This document shows, in pieces, positions 27,152-36,309 of a DNA stretch of 64,000 bases. The stretch is from an uncultured Acidimicrobiia bacterium. Lineage in GTDB: Bacteria; Actinomycetota; Acidimicrobiia; IMCC26256; JAENVU01. The notes under the pieces are model-generated. The model searched no databases. It saw nothing but the letters and a program-made list of their open reading frames with translations, and had not been told where the DNA came from. Position numbers and translations under genes: made by a program. The stretch covers positions 1,625,172 through 1,689,171 of the forward strand of contig CAWCMX010000001.1 of NCBI GenBank assembly GCA_963796755.1, given 5' to 3'. Position 1 is the first letter of the stretch. The number at the start of each line of letters is the position of its first letter.

Positions 27152-27177
27152 GGAACGCGGGGCCGGGGTGCGCCGTT
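27152..27177 (+). promoter_or_regulatory. ECF-sigma type promoter candidate upstream of htpX (GGAAC-N17-CGTT)
   Basis: GGAAC at 27152-27156, an exactly 17-nt spacer, and CGTT at 27174-27177. It ends 37 nt upstream of the htpX ATG and has the same orientation. Confidence 0.4.
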
Positions 27178-27213
27178 GTCAGGTTCAGCGGGCTCACAGC
27201 GGGCCCACCCAGA

Positions 27214-28080
27214 ATGGATGCCATGAGCAAGAACACGGTCAAGACCTACATCCTCCTCGCCGCCTTCGGCGGCCTGCTGATGGGGATCGGCTCCATCTTC
27301 GGGACCGGCGGGCTGCTGCTCGGTCTCGCGATCGGCCTGGTCTTCGTCGGCGGCTCGTACTGGTTCAGCGACAAGCTCGCGGTCAAGGCCGCCGGCGCCC
27401 AGCCGGTGAGCGAGCAGGACGCGCCCGAGCTGTACTCGGTCGTCCGGGAGCTGGCCCAGCGCGACGGCATCCCGATGCCGCGCGTCTACCTCTCGCCCGC
27501 GGCCCAGCCGAACGCGTTCGCGACGGGGCGCGGCCCGGACCACGCCGTGGTCGCGGTCACCCAGGGTCTGCTCCGGGTGCTCGACCGCGACGAGATCCGC
27601 GGCGTCCTCGCCCACGAGCTGAGCCACGTGAAGAACCGCGACATCCTCATCGGGTCGGTGGCGGCCGCGCTCGCCATGGGCATCACGTTCGTCGCCCGCA
27701 TGGCGATGTGGGGCGCGATGTTCACCGGCGGCGGTGGCGACGGTGAGGGCGGCAACATCTTCGGCGTGCTCGCGATGGCGATCCTCGCCCCCGTGGCCGC
27801 GGGCCTGATCCAGATGGCGCTGAGCCGCTCCCGCGAGTTCGAGGCCGACCGGTCCGGCGCGGCGCTGCTCGGTGACGGCGAGCCGCTGGCCCGGGCGCTC
27901 GAGAAGATCGACGCGTACGCCAAGCAGGTGCCGATGAACGTCGACCCCGCCCAGGCGACCGCCTACATCATCAACCCGCTGAGCGGCCGCAAGGTCAACT
28001 TCGCCAACCTCTTCACCACCCACCCCCCAACCGAAGAGCGCATCGCCCGCCTTCGGGCGCAGTCGTCCACCCACCGCTGA
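27214..28080 (+). CDS. htpX: zinc metalloprotease HtpX
   Basis: HELSH zinc motif in VLAHELSHVKNRD, plus REFEADRSGA and TM segments. An alternative ATG lies at 27223. Confidence 0.85.
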   Translation: MDAMSKNTVKTYILLAAFGGLLMGIGSIFGTGGLLLGLAIGLVFVGGSYWFSDKLAVKAAGAQPVSEQDAPELYSVVRELAQRDGIPMPRVYLSPAAQPNAFATGRGPDHAVVAVTQGLLRVLDRDEIRGVLAHELSHVKNRDILIGSVAAALAMGITFVARMAMWGAMFTGGGGDGEGGNIFGVLAMAILAPVAAGLIQMALSRSREFEADRSGAALLGDGEPLARALEKIDAYAKQVPMNVDPAQATAYIINPLSGRKVNFANLFTTHPPTEERIARLRAQSSTHR

Positions 28081-28142
28081 AGCGCGTCGGGTCGGTTGCG
28101 GGACTCCGTGCCGGCATATGTCGATTCGCTCGAACAGTCTGA

Positions 28143-28168
28143 GCAAAGGGCGCTCAGAACTCGCTCGG
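28143..28168 (+). repeat. intergenic motif copy A: GCAAAGGGCGCTCA-N1-AACTCGCTCGG
   Basis: The 14-mer is identical to 45517-45530, followed by AACTCGCT. It lies between the convergent htpX and yajQ genes. Confidence 0.6.
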
Positions 28169-28239
28169 TCGACACACGCCGTCCCGGATCCCGCTGACGT
28201 CCGAGGGGTCGTCCTCGCCAGGTAGCGGCCGTCCGAAGT

Positions 28240-28728
28240 TCAGTCTCTGAAGTTGATGAACTGCAGAGGGATGCCGAAGTCGTGGTCCTTGAGCTCGGCA
28301 ATCACCTTCTGGAGGTCGTCGCGCTTCTTCCCGCTGACCCGGAGCTGGTCGCCCTGGACCTGGTGCTGGACGCCCTTGAGCGTCAGGCCCTTGATGTACT
28401 TGCCGATCTCGCGGGCCTTCTCGTCGCTGATGCCGACGTTGAGGGTGACGGTCTGGCGCACCGTTCCCTTCGAAGCCTCTTCGACGTTGCCGTAGCTGAG
28501 CAGCTTCAGCGACACCTTCCGCTTGACCAGCTTCTCCTCGAGCACCTGGGTGAGCGCCTTGAGTCGCTGGTCGCTCTCGGTCGCGAGCTCGATCGTCTTC
28601 TCGCTGAGCTCGACCGTGCTCCCGGTGTTCTTGAAGTCGAAGCGCGTGGAGACCTCGCGAGCGGCCTGATCGACCGCGTTGCGGACCTCTTGGAAGTCCA
28701 CTTCTGAGACGACATCGAAGCTGGGCAT
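28240..28728 (-). CDS. yajQ: YajQ family (UPF0234) nucleotide-binding protein
   Basis: 162 aa starting MPSFDVVSEVDFQEVRNAVDQAAREVSTRFDFK, a typical YajQ N-terminus. Confidence 0.85.
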   Translation of the reverse strand: MPSFDVVSEVDFQEVRNAVDQAAREVSTRFDFKNTGSTVELSEKTIELATESDQRLKALTQVLEEKLVKRKVSLKLLSYGNVEEASKGTVRQTVTLNVGISDEKAREIGKYIKGLTLKGVQHQVQGDQLRVSGKKRDDLQKVIAELKDHDFGIPLQFINFRD

Positions 28729-28780
28729 GTTGGTGTCGAACCCCCGATTCCGGCGAAAGGTCGGCTGCTAAGTTACGCCC

Positions 28781-28864
28781 GGGTCCGTACCCGAGTGGCC
28801 AAAGGGGACAGGCTGTAAACCTGTTGCGCAAGCTACGGAGGTTCGAATCCTCCCGGGCCCACCA
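28781..28864 (+). tRNA. tRNA-Tyr (GTA), long variable arm, CCA encoded
   Basis: Hand-folded cloverleaf: acceptor GGGTCCG/CGGGCCC, anticodon arm ACAGG-CTGTAAA-CCTGT, T arm GGAGG-TTCGAAT-CCTCC. Confidence 0.9.
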
Positions 28865-28916
28865 TACCCAGGCCCGGCATCAGCCGAGTGCCCGACCGAC
28901 CGAGCCGGCGGCCGCA

Positions 28917-29413
28917 TCAGAGCACGCGTTGCATCACGACGACGTCGAGCCAGCGGCCGAGCTTGCGCCCGACCTCCCGCTCGACGCCGACGAGCTCGAA
29001 TCCGCTGGGCCGCGTGCAGGCTGATCGACGCGTCGTGGCCGCCCACGATCCGGGCGACCAGCGAGTGGTACCCGTAGGTCTGGGCCAACCGGACCAGCTC
29101 GCCGAGGATGACCCGTCCCACCCCGGCGCCGCGGTGGTCCCGGTGGATGTAGACCGAGTCCTCGACGGTCGGGAAGTAGGCCGGCCGCTCCTTGTAGGGG
29201 CTGAGCGACCCGAACCCCAGGAGCGTGCCGGCGTCGTCGACGCGCGACGATCGCCGGGTGGCCACCGGAGTGCTCGACCAGCCACGCGAGCTGGTCGTCG
29301 AGGGTGCGGGCCACGAGATCGAAGGTCACCGTGGACTCGAGGACCTCGAGGTTGTAGATCGCCCGGATCGCCTCGGCGTCTCGGGGCTCGGCCAGCCGGA
29401 TGGTCGGTTCCAC
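28917..29413 (-). pseudogene. GNAT N-acetyltransferase, phosphinothricin acetyltransferase-like (two frame switches)
   Basis: Three blocks in three minus-strand ORF fragments: IRLAEPRDAEAIRAIYN; LLGFGSLSPYKERPAYFPTVEDSVYIHRDHRGAGVGRVIL; GFELVGVEREVGRKLGRWLDVVVMQRVL. Confidence 0.7.
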
Positions 29414-29528
29414 CGGCCGGACGGTAGCGAGCGGGTCCCGCGGGAGGGCGCCGGCCGGTCGCGGTCCGGAGGATCCCTCCGAGATCTTCGGGGAGGTCGT
29501 CGCGCCTTGCTAGCCTGGTGACGCTCCC

Positions 29529-29601
29529 GCCCCCTTAGCTCAGTTGGCAGAGCACTTCCATGGTAAGGAAGGGGTCTACGGTTCAAGTCCGTAAGGGGGC
29601 T
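29529..29601 (+). tRNA. tRNA-Thr (GGT)
   Basis: Acceptor GCCCCCT/AGGGGGC, anticodon arm CTTCC-ATGGTAA-GGAAG, T arm TACGG-TTCAAGT-CCGTA. CCA is not encoded. Confidence 0.9.
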
Positions 29602-29633
29602 CTCACCAGGGGTTTTGCGCCCCCACTGCCCTT

Positions 29634-29710
29634 GGCGGGGTAGCTCAGTCGGTTAGAGCACACGGCTCATAATCGTGGTGTCGCGGGTTCGAGTCCCGCC
29701 CCCGCTACCA
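29634..29710 (+). tRNA. tRNA-Met (CAT), elongator type, CCA encoded
   Basis: Acceptor GGCGGGG/CCCCGCT, anticodon loop CTCATAA, T arm GCGGG-TTCGAGT-CCCGC. It lacks the three G-C pairs expected in an initiator anticodon stem. Confidence 0.85.
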
Positions 29711-29764
29711 ATCGAAGATCACCCACCGGCGCCGCGAGCGCCTCGACCCAGGACGGCATCAGGG

Positions 29765-30953
29765 ATGGCGAAGGAGAAGTTCGAGCGGAACAAGCCGCAT
29801 CTGAACATTGGGACGATTGGTCATATCGACCATGGGAAGACGACGTTGACTGCGGCGATCACGAAGGTGTTGGCGGAGGGCAATCCGAACGCGACGGCGA
29901 TGGCGTTCGATCAGATCGACAAGGCGCCGGAGGAGAAGGCGCGGGGGATCACGATCGCGATCTCGCATGTGGAGTACGAGACGAGCAATCGGCATTACGC
30001 GCATGTGGATTGTCCGGGTCACGCGGATTACATCAAGAACATGATCACGGGTGCGGCGCAGATGGATGGCGCGATCTTGGTGGTGGCGGCGACGGATGGT
30101 CCGATGCCCCAGACCCGTGAGCATGTGCTGTTGGCCCGTCAGGTCGGGGTGCCGTAGCATCGTGGTGGCGTTGAACAAGGCGGACATGGTCGATGATGAG
30201 GAGATCCTCGAGCTGGTGGAGCTCGAGGTGCGGGAGTTGTTGAACGAGTACGAGTTCCCGGGTGATGACACGCCGGTGGTGCGGGTCTCTGCGTTGAAGG
30301 CGCTCGAGGGTGATGCGGAGTGGACGCCGAAGATCCTCGAGCTCATGGAGGCGGTCGACAGCTTCATTCCGGAGCCGGAGCGCGACATCGATCGGCCGTT
30401 CCTGATGCCGATCGAGGATGTGTTCACGATCACGGGTCGGGGCACGGTGGTCACGGGCCGGGTGGAGCGGGGGATCGTGAAGGTGGGTGAGGAGATCGAG
30501 ATCGTCGGTCTGCGCGATACGACCAAGACGACGTGTACGGGGTGGAGATGTTCCGCAAGCTTCTCGACGAGGGCCGGGCGGGCGACAACATCGGTGCGTT
30601 GTTGCGGGGCACGAAGAAGGAAGACGTGGAGCGCGGGTCAGGTGCTCTCGAAGCCGGGGTCGATCACGCCGCACACCGAGTTCGATGCGCAGGTCTACAT
30701 CCTGACGAAGGAGGAGGGCGGCCGGCATACGCCGTTCTTCACGAATTATCACCCGCAGTTCTATTTCCGGACCACGGATGTGACGGGTCACATCATGTTG
30801 CCCGAGGGCACGGAGATGGTGATGCCGGGCGACAACACCGAGATGGTCGTCGAGCTCCAGAAGCCGATCGCGATGGAAGAGGGCCTGCGGTTCGCGATCC
30901 GAGAAGGTGGCCGCACCGTCGGCGCCGGCCGGGTCATCAAGGTCAAGAAGTAA
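29765..30953 (+). pseudogene. tuf: elongation factor Tu, copy 1 (premature TAG at 30155-30157 plus two more indels relative to copy 2)
   Basis: Nucleotide alignment by eye to 47903-49090 shows about 20 substitutions and 3 indels: an extra T at 30155, a missing C near 30538, and GT in place of C at 30637-30638. Motifs GHIDHGKTT and DCPGH. Confidence 0.9.
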
Positions 30954-31004
30954 CGATCCGAGTACCACGACCAGTTCCAGCAAGAACGAACGGAGTGCAG
31001 AGAG

Positions 31005-31166
31005 ATGGCCAGCGACAAGCGGGTGAAGGTGACCCTCGCCTGCGAGGACTGCAAGCGGCGGAACTACATCACCATGAAGAACAAGACGAACAACCGTGAG
31101 CGCATCGAGATGAAGAAGTACTGCCGTTTCGACCGCCGCCACACGCTCCACAAGGAGACCCGCTAG
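31005..31166 (+). CDS. rpmG: 50S ribosomal protein L33
   Basis: 53-aa ORF below the ORF-track cutoff: [53 protein letters not shown], with CxxC and C motifs. Confidence 0.85.
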   Translation: MASDKRVKVTLACEDCKRRNYITMKNKTNNRERIEMKKYCRFDRRHTLHKETR

Positions 31167-31281
31167 CCGTCCCGGGTCGCTCGGGCTTCGCACCTCGTGC
31201 CCGCTGCGCCCTCCGCTACCGGTGCGTAACCTTTCGGTGACCCCGTCGGGTCGAAGCCCTGCGAGATCGACCGGAGTGACC

Positions 31282-31846
31282 ATGGTGGACCAGGCCGAGC
31301 TGATCAGCGCCGCCCAGGCGGGTGACCGGTCGGCCTTCGACGAGCTGGTGCGCCAGACCTACGTCGACACCTACACCCTGGCGATCCGGCTGTGCTCCGA
31401 CGAGGAGGACGCGCGGGACGTGGTGCAGGACGCGTATCTACGAGCGTGGAAGAGCATCGGGCGCTTTCGCGGCGACGCCGCGTTCAGCACCTGGATGTAC
31501 CGGATCACCGCGAACTGCGCGTCGACGTTCGTCGCCAAGCGCCGCCGGCTGCGCACCGAACCGCTGCTCACCCACCTCGAGCCGGCGGACCTCCACCCGG
31601 AGTCCCAGCCCGAGGGGATGCTCGAATCGAGCCTGGAGCTGGACCAGGTCGGCGCCGCCCTGGCCGACCTGCCGCCGCGGCTGCGGGCGGTCGTCGTGCT
31701 GAAGGACGTCTACGGGCTGCCCCACGAGGCGATCGCCGAGGAGCTGGGGATCTCGGTCTCGGCGGCCAAGGTCCGGCTCCACCGCGGCCGGCGCCGCCTG
31801 CCGCGACGCGCTGTATGAGGAGACGAGGTCGTCCCGTGCGGTTTGA
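31282..31846 (+). pseudogene. ECF-type RNA polymerase sigma-70 family factor (probable 1-nt insertion near 31797; as given it stops at 31818)
   Basis: Region 2 motifs DVVQDAYLRAW and FSTWMYRITAN; region 4 motif LPHEAIAEELGISVSAAKVRLHRGRRRL. The shifted tail RDALYEETRSSRAV looks more natural and overlaps the next GTG. Confidence 0.7.
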
Positions 31847-32260
31847 GGACGTCGCGGACCTGCTGCCGGGACTGGTCGACGGCACCATCCGGGTCGACGA
31901 GCGCACCCAGGAATTCATCGAGTCCGACCTGCGCTGCCAGGCCGAGCTCGCCCGGTACCGGAAGCTCCTGCGGACCCTGGAACAGCTCCGGACCCGCTAC
32001 TTCGAGCCGTCGCCGGGGCTGCTGGCGGCGACGCTGACCGCGTTGGCCGAAGAGGGCGAGCGCCGGGTGGTCCACTCGATCATCACCGGCAGGCGACTGG
32101 CGTACGCGGGCGCGGCCATCGGCGGGGTCGCGGCCGCCGGCGCCGCCGCCGACGGCGGTCCTCCTCGCAAGATCCCGCCGCCGAGGTCGAGCCGGCGAGA
32201 ACCGCCTTCGGCCGCCGGGCGGCGGCGGTCCGGCGTTCGGCCGAAGGAGCCTCGAAATGA
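31836..32260 (+). pseudogene. putative anti-sigma factor (3' end undetermined; as given the frame runs through tRNA-Trp into secE)
   Basis: The GTG at 31836 overlaps the sigma 3' end. N-terminal block VRFEDVADLLPGLVDGTI...CQAELARYRKL, then a hydrophobic stretch LAYAGAAIGGVAAAGAAA. No in-frame stop, so at least one indel is inferred. Confidence 0.35.
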
Positions 32261-32278
32261 CGGAGATCCTCGAAATGA
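32246..32278 (+). repeat. direct repeat 2 x CCTCGAAATGA (19-nt period) upstream of tRNA-Trp
   Basis: Sequence GGAGCCTCGAAATGACGGAGATCCTCGAAATGA. The second copy resembles GAGATCTTCGAGATG upstream of rpoB. Confidence 0.6.
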
Positions 32279-32298
32279 AGCCGAGTGGGTTCCTGGGG

Positions 32299-32304
32299 TA
32301 TCCT
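32299..32304 (+). promoter_or_regulatory. candidate -10 box TATCCT for tRNA-Trp/secE/nusG transcription
   Basis: GTATCCT lies 25 nt upstream of the tRNA-Trp 5' end. The same heptamer occurs upstream of rpoB and rpsL. No good -35 is present. Confidence 0.3.
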
Positions 32305-32328
32305 GTCTTCCCGGCCCCGCGCGCCCGG

Positions 32329-32401
32329 AGGGCAGTAGCTCAATTGGTAGAGCTTCGGTCTCCAAAACCGACGGTTGGGGGTTCGAGTCCCTCCTGCCCT
32401 G
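32329..32401 (+). tRNA. tRNA-Trp (CCA)
   Basis: Acceptor AGGGCAG/CTGCCCT, anticodon arm TCGGT-CTCCAAA-ACCGA, T loop TTCGAGT. Confidence 0.9.
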
Positions 32402-32528
32402 CTGGATAGCTGGAACCACACCCCGTACCTCGTATCTCGACCTGCACGAATCCCCCGCACCACGAGTCACCCCCGGCACACGGACCTTCGAGAGGCTGCG
32501 TTCGGTGAACAACCGACAGACGAAGCGC

Positions 32529-32783
32529 ATGATGGCGAAGCAGGGCTCGGACAAGCCCCAGGCGCCGCAGCGGAAGACCGCGCCGGCCCCGTCGCGCGAG
32601 CGCACGTCGCCGGTGCACTTCCTCTCCGAGGTCCGAGGCGAGCTCCGCAAGGTTGCCTGGCCCACGCGCCAGGAGGTCATCAACTCGACCATCGTCGTGC
32701 TGATCGCGATCGTCGTCATGACGTCGCTGATCTTCGGCTTCGACTACGCGTCGTCCAAGGCCGTCCTCTTCCTCTACGGCTAA
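32529..32783 (+). CDS. secE: preprotein translocase subunit SecE
   Basis: Motif FLSEVRGELRKVAWPTRQEVINSTIVVLIAIVVMTSLIFGFDY. An alternative GTG start lies at 32505. Confidence 0.8.
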   Translation: MMAKQGSDKPQAPQRKTAPAPSRERTSPVHFLSEVRGELRKVAWPTRQEVINSTIVVLIAIVVMTSLIFGFDYASSKAVLFLYG

Positions 32784-32792
32784 GGCCACCCC

Positions 32793-33592
32793 ATGACTGA
32801 AGACAGCAACATCGATCCTCTGGCGAGTGACGTGCCTGAGCCCGCGGCCGACCCCAGTGCCAACGGCGGACGACGACGTCGAGGTGGTCGAAGAAGAGAT
32901 CGTGCTCGCCGAGGACTCGAACGGCGACGTGGACGAGGTCGTCGTCACCGAAGAGGTGACGCTGCCGTCCGACGGGGCCCTCCTCGACGTGGTGGAGCTC
33001 GACGAGTACGACGACGAGGACGAGGAGCCCGAGCCGAGCCCCTACGACCGGCCCGGCCGCTGGTTCGTGGTCCACACGTACGCCGGCTACGAGAACAAGG
33101 TGAAGCAGAACCTGGCCAGCCGCGTGCGCTCGATGAACGTCGAGGAGCGCATCTTCGAGGTCGTCATCCCGATGGAAGACGTCATCGAGTTCAAGAACGG
33201 TCGCAAGGTCGTCGTCCAGAAGAAGGTGTGGCCCGGCTACCTGCTGATCCGCATGGGCCTCGACGACGAGTCCTGGTACGTGGTGCGCAACACCCCCGGG
33301 TGTCACCGGCTTCGTGGGCAGCGGCGCCAAGCCGACACCGCTCTCGCGCAAGGAGGTCGAGGAGACCCTCGGCGTCGGCGGCAAGGCCGAGGGTGCGCCC
33401 GAGAAGAAGGCCCGCCCGCGCCTCGAGTACGAGGAAGGTGAGCAGGTCAGGGTGGTTGCCGGCCCGTTCGCGGACTTCAACGGCGCGATCAGCGAGATCG
33501 ACGTGGACCGATCGAAGCTCAAGGTCCTCGTCAACATCTTCGGCCGTGAGACCCCCGTCGAGCTCGAGTTCGGCCAAGTGGCCAAGCTCTAG
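32793..33592 (+). pseudogene. nusG: transcription termination/antitermination factor NusG (two frame switches near 32855 and 33300)
   Basis: An acidic N-terminal extension is followed by WFVVHTYAGYENKV (NGN domain) and [19 protein letters not shown] (KOW domain). Confidence 0.85.
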
Positions 33593-33742
33593 GAGAACCG
33601 ATCACGGCCGGCACATCCGGCACCCCAGCCCGCAGCCGCGAGCCGAAGGCGAGCACCGCGGAGCGAGCGGGGAACCACTGAAGACCTGAAGCGGCGCAGA
33701 TCGCGCCCAGTGAGCGCAGCAAAGAGAGACGGAGCAATAGAG

Positions 33743-34171
33743 ATGGCAAAGAAGAAGCTCGCTGCGATCGTCAAGATCCAGATTCCGGCCGGGCAGGCCA
33801 CGCCTGCTCCGCCGGTCGGAACGGCGCTGGGCCCGCACGGCATCAACATCATGGACTTCTGCAAGGCCTACAACGAGAAGACCGAGAGCCAGCGCGGCCA
33901 GATCATCCCGGCCGAGATCTCGATCTTCGAGGACCGGTCCTTCACGTTCATCACCAAGACGCCCCCGACCCCGTTCCTGCTCAAGCAGGCCGCGGGCGTC
34001 GAGAAGGGCTCGTCGTTGACCCCCCGGGAGAAGTCGGGCTCGGTGACCCGGGCGCAGGTCAAGCAGATCGCGGAGCAGAAGATGCCCGACCTCAACGCGG
34101 TCGACATCGAAGGCGCGATGCTCCAGGTGGAGGGCACGGCCCGCTCGATGGGTCTCGACGTCACCGGCTAG
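33743..34171 (+). CDS. rplK: 50S ribosomal protein L11
   Basis: Starts [44 protein letters not shown]. Confidence 0.9.
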   Translation: MAKKKLAAIVKIQIPAGQATPAPPVGTALGPHGINIMDFCKAYNEKTESQRGQIIPAEISIFEDRSFTFITKTPPTPFLLKQAAGVEKGSSLTPREKSGSVTRAQVKQIAEQKMPDLNAVDIEGAMLQVEGTARSMGLDVTG

Positions 34172-34290
34172 CGGTCACGAGGGACGGCACGCGCGGAGGA
34201 CCTCGCCGCGGCGCCGGCACGGCAACACCCGCCGGGTTCGGCTGGTGACACCGAGGGAGACGGCAACCCCGTCGAGAAAGGATCAGACTG

Positions 34291-35013
34291 ATGGCACCTC
34301 ACGGCAAGAAGTACACGGATGCAGCCCGGCGCTTCGACGGCGAGCAGCTCCACGACACGGCTGAGGCGCTCGAGCTCGTGCGCAGCCTCGCCAGCAAGAA
34401 CTTCGACGAGACGGTCGAGGCCGCGTTCCGGCTCGGCGTCGACCCCCGCAAGGCCGACCAGATGCTGCGCGGCACGGTGTCGCTGCCCAAGGGCAGCGGC
34501 AAGACGGTGCGCGTCGTGGTCTTCGCCGCGGGTGACGCGGCTCGCGTGGCCGAAGAGGCCGGTGCGGACATCGTCGGTGCCGAGGAGCTCGTCGCCCGGG
34601 TCGAGGGCGGCTTCCTGGACTTCGACGTCGCGATCTCGACGCCGGACCTGATGGGCCAGGTGGGCAAGCTCGGCCGGACCCTCGGTCCCCGTGGGCTCAT
34701 GCCGAACCCCAAGACCGGGACGGTCACCACGGACGTCGGCAAGGCGGTCGAGGAGTTCAAGGCGGGCAAGGTCGAGTACCGCACGGACAAGTTCGGCAAC
34801 GTCCACGTCCCGGTGGGCAAGGCCAGCTTCGAGCCGGACGCCCTGGTCGAGAACTTCCTCGCCGTGCTCGACGAGCTGAACCGGGCGAAGCCCGCGTCGG
34901 CCAAGGGCCGCTACCTCAAGTCGATCAGCGTCAGCTCCACCATGGGGCCGGGCGTGAAGATCGATCCGGGCCGCACCCGGCCCGACGACCTGGAAGCGGC
35001 TGGTCGGAAGTAG
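34291..35013 (+). CDS. rplA: 50S ribosomal protein L1
   Basis: 240-aa intact ORF with motifs [29 protein letters not shown] and [15 protein letters not shown]. Confidence 0.9.
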   Translation: MAPHGKKYTDAARRFDGEQLHDTAEALELVRSLASKNFDETVEAAFRLGVDPRKADQMLRGTVSLPKGSGKTVRVVVFAAGDAARVAEEAGADIVGAEELVARVEGGFLDFDVAISTPDLMGQVGKLGRTLGPRGLMPNPKTGTVTTDVGKAVEEFKAGKVEYRTDKFGNVHVPVGKASFEPDALVENFLAVLDELNRAKPASAKGRYLKSISVSSTMGPGVKIDPGRTRPDDLEAAGRK

Positions 35014-35190
35014 CCCTCGCCGAGTAGAGTTCTCGGCTCACCACCGAATCTGCGCCGCAGACCTCCGGTCGCCGCCTCCCCCGGGAGCGGCAGTAATGGG
35101 CCCCGGCCCACCGGACGAGGCGACTTCCCGGAACACCGACGGGGCGTCCCTCTGCATGCGGCGCCCCGTCTTCGTCGTTCAGGGGAGCAC
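35014..35190 (+). promoter_or_regulatory. possible L10 (rplJ) leader region
   Basis: A 177-nt GC-rich untranslated spacer directly upstream of rplJ, in the position of the known L10/L12 autoregulatory leader. I did not verify the structure. Confidence 0.3.
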
Positions 35191-35887
35191 ATGGCCAGGC
35201 CCGAGAAGGTGGCGGTCGTCGAGGAGATCCGCGAGAAGCTCGTGGGCTCCGACGCCGCGGTGCTGACCGAGTACCGCGGCCTCAAGGTCGGCGAGCTGGC
35301 CGAGCTGCGCGGGGCCCTGCGGCCCGCCGGCGCCGAGTTCAAGATCTTCAAGAACACCCTGGCCCGCCGGGCCGCCGAGGATGCGGGGCTGAACGACCTG
35401 GTCCCGATGCTGCTCGGCCCGACCGCCATCGCCTTCGTCACCGGCGACGCGGTGACCGCGGCCAAGGCGCTGCGGGACTTCGCCCGGGCCCACGAAGCGC
35501 TGATCGTCAAGGGCGGCCTGCTCGGCGACCGCACGCTCGATGCCGCGGATCTCTCGCGCGCTGGCCGACGTGCCGCCCCGTGACGTCCTGCTCGCCAAGC
35601 TGGCCGGGGGCTTCCAGGCCCCGTTGGTCAAGGCCGCGGGACTGTTCCAGGCGTTCACCCGGAACTTCGCGTACGGCCTCAAGGCGCTCGTCGACCAGCG
35701 GGTCGAGGGCGGCGAGGCCCTCGTGGTCGAGCCCGACGCGGCATCCGAGCCCGAGACCGCCGAGGCCCCGGAAGCACCGACCGCCGAAGCGCCGGAAGCA
35801 CCGGCTGGCGCTCCGGCCGAGACCACCGATTCCGCACCATCCGAAGAAGCACCTGCTGCTGAGACTGCAACCACCGAGGGAGACTGA
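35191..35887 (+). pseudogene. rplJ: 50S ribosomal protein L10 (one frame switch near 35555; long Ala/Pro/Glu-rich C-terminal tail)
   Basis: MARPEKVAVVEEIREKLVGSDAAVLTEYRGLKVGELAELR, then in a second frame DVLLAKLAGGFQAPL, ending in a PEAPTAEAPEAP tail. Confidence 0.85.
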
Positions 35888-35892
35888 GCGAC

Positions 35893-36273
35893 ATGCCGAC
35901 CACTGAAGAGCTGCTGGACACGTTCAAGAACATGACCGTCCTGGAGCTGAACGAGTTCCTGAAGGCGTTCGAAGAGGAGTTCGGCGTGACCGCCGCAGCT
36001 CCCGTGGCCGTGGCGGCCGCCGCGGGTGGCGGGGGCGGCGAGGCGGCCCCGGCCGAGGAGAAGGACGAGTTCGACGTCGTCCTCATCGCGGCGGGCGACA
36101 AGAAGATCCAGGTCATCAAGGAGGTGCGGGCGCTCACGAGCCTCGGCCTCAAAGAGGCCAAGGACCTGGTCGACTCCGCCCCGAAGCCCGTCCTCGAGAA
36201 GGTCGCGAAGGACGAGGCCGACAAGGCCAAGGGCCAGCTCGAAGAGGCCGGCGCCACGGTCGAGCTCAAGTAG
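35893..36273 (+). CDS. rplL: 50S ribosomal protein L7/L12
   Basis: 126 aa with motifs [25 protein letters not shown] and [10 protein letters not shown]. Confidence 0.9.
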   Translation: MPTTEELLDTFKNMTVLELNEFLKAFEEEFGVTAAAPVAVAAAAGGGGGEAAPAEEKDEFDVVLIAAGDKKIQVIKEVRALTSLGLKEAKDLVDSAPKPVLEKVAKDEADKAKGQLEEAGATVELK

Positions 36274-36309
36274 CACCAGCAACGGCGGGGATCACGGTCG
36301 GCGACGGTT

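Noticed and set aside
28769-28774. TAAGTT as the -10 box of a tRNA-Tyr promoter 7 nt upstream of the mature 5' end.
   Set aside because: It fits TAnnnT and the position is plausible, but there is no -35 element and no second line of evidence. I left it out of the feature list.
29634-29710. tRNA-Met considered as the initiator tRNA.
   Set aside because: The anticodon stem lacks the three consecutive G-C pairs and position 1-72 is paired (G-U), so I call it elongator. The G-U pair closing the anticodon stem may itself be a base error.
31226-31255. A possible autoregulatory ECF promoter (GTAACC ... CGTC/GTCGAA) upstream of the sigma gene.
   Set aside because: The spacing between the -35-like and -10-like elements is 13 or about 20 nt. 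Neither fits the 16-18 nt expected, and the -35 element deviates from GGAAC.
31392-32783. A 463-aa plus-strand ORF spanning the sigma gene (out of frame), the anti-sigma gene, tRNA-Trp and secE.
   Set aside because: It is a chimeric read-through that crosses a well-folded tRNA gene. It arises because the anti-sigma frame has lost its stop, probably through an indel.
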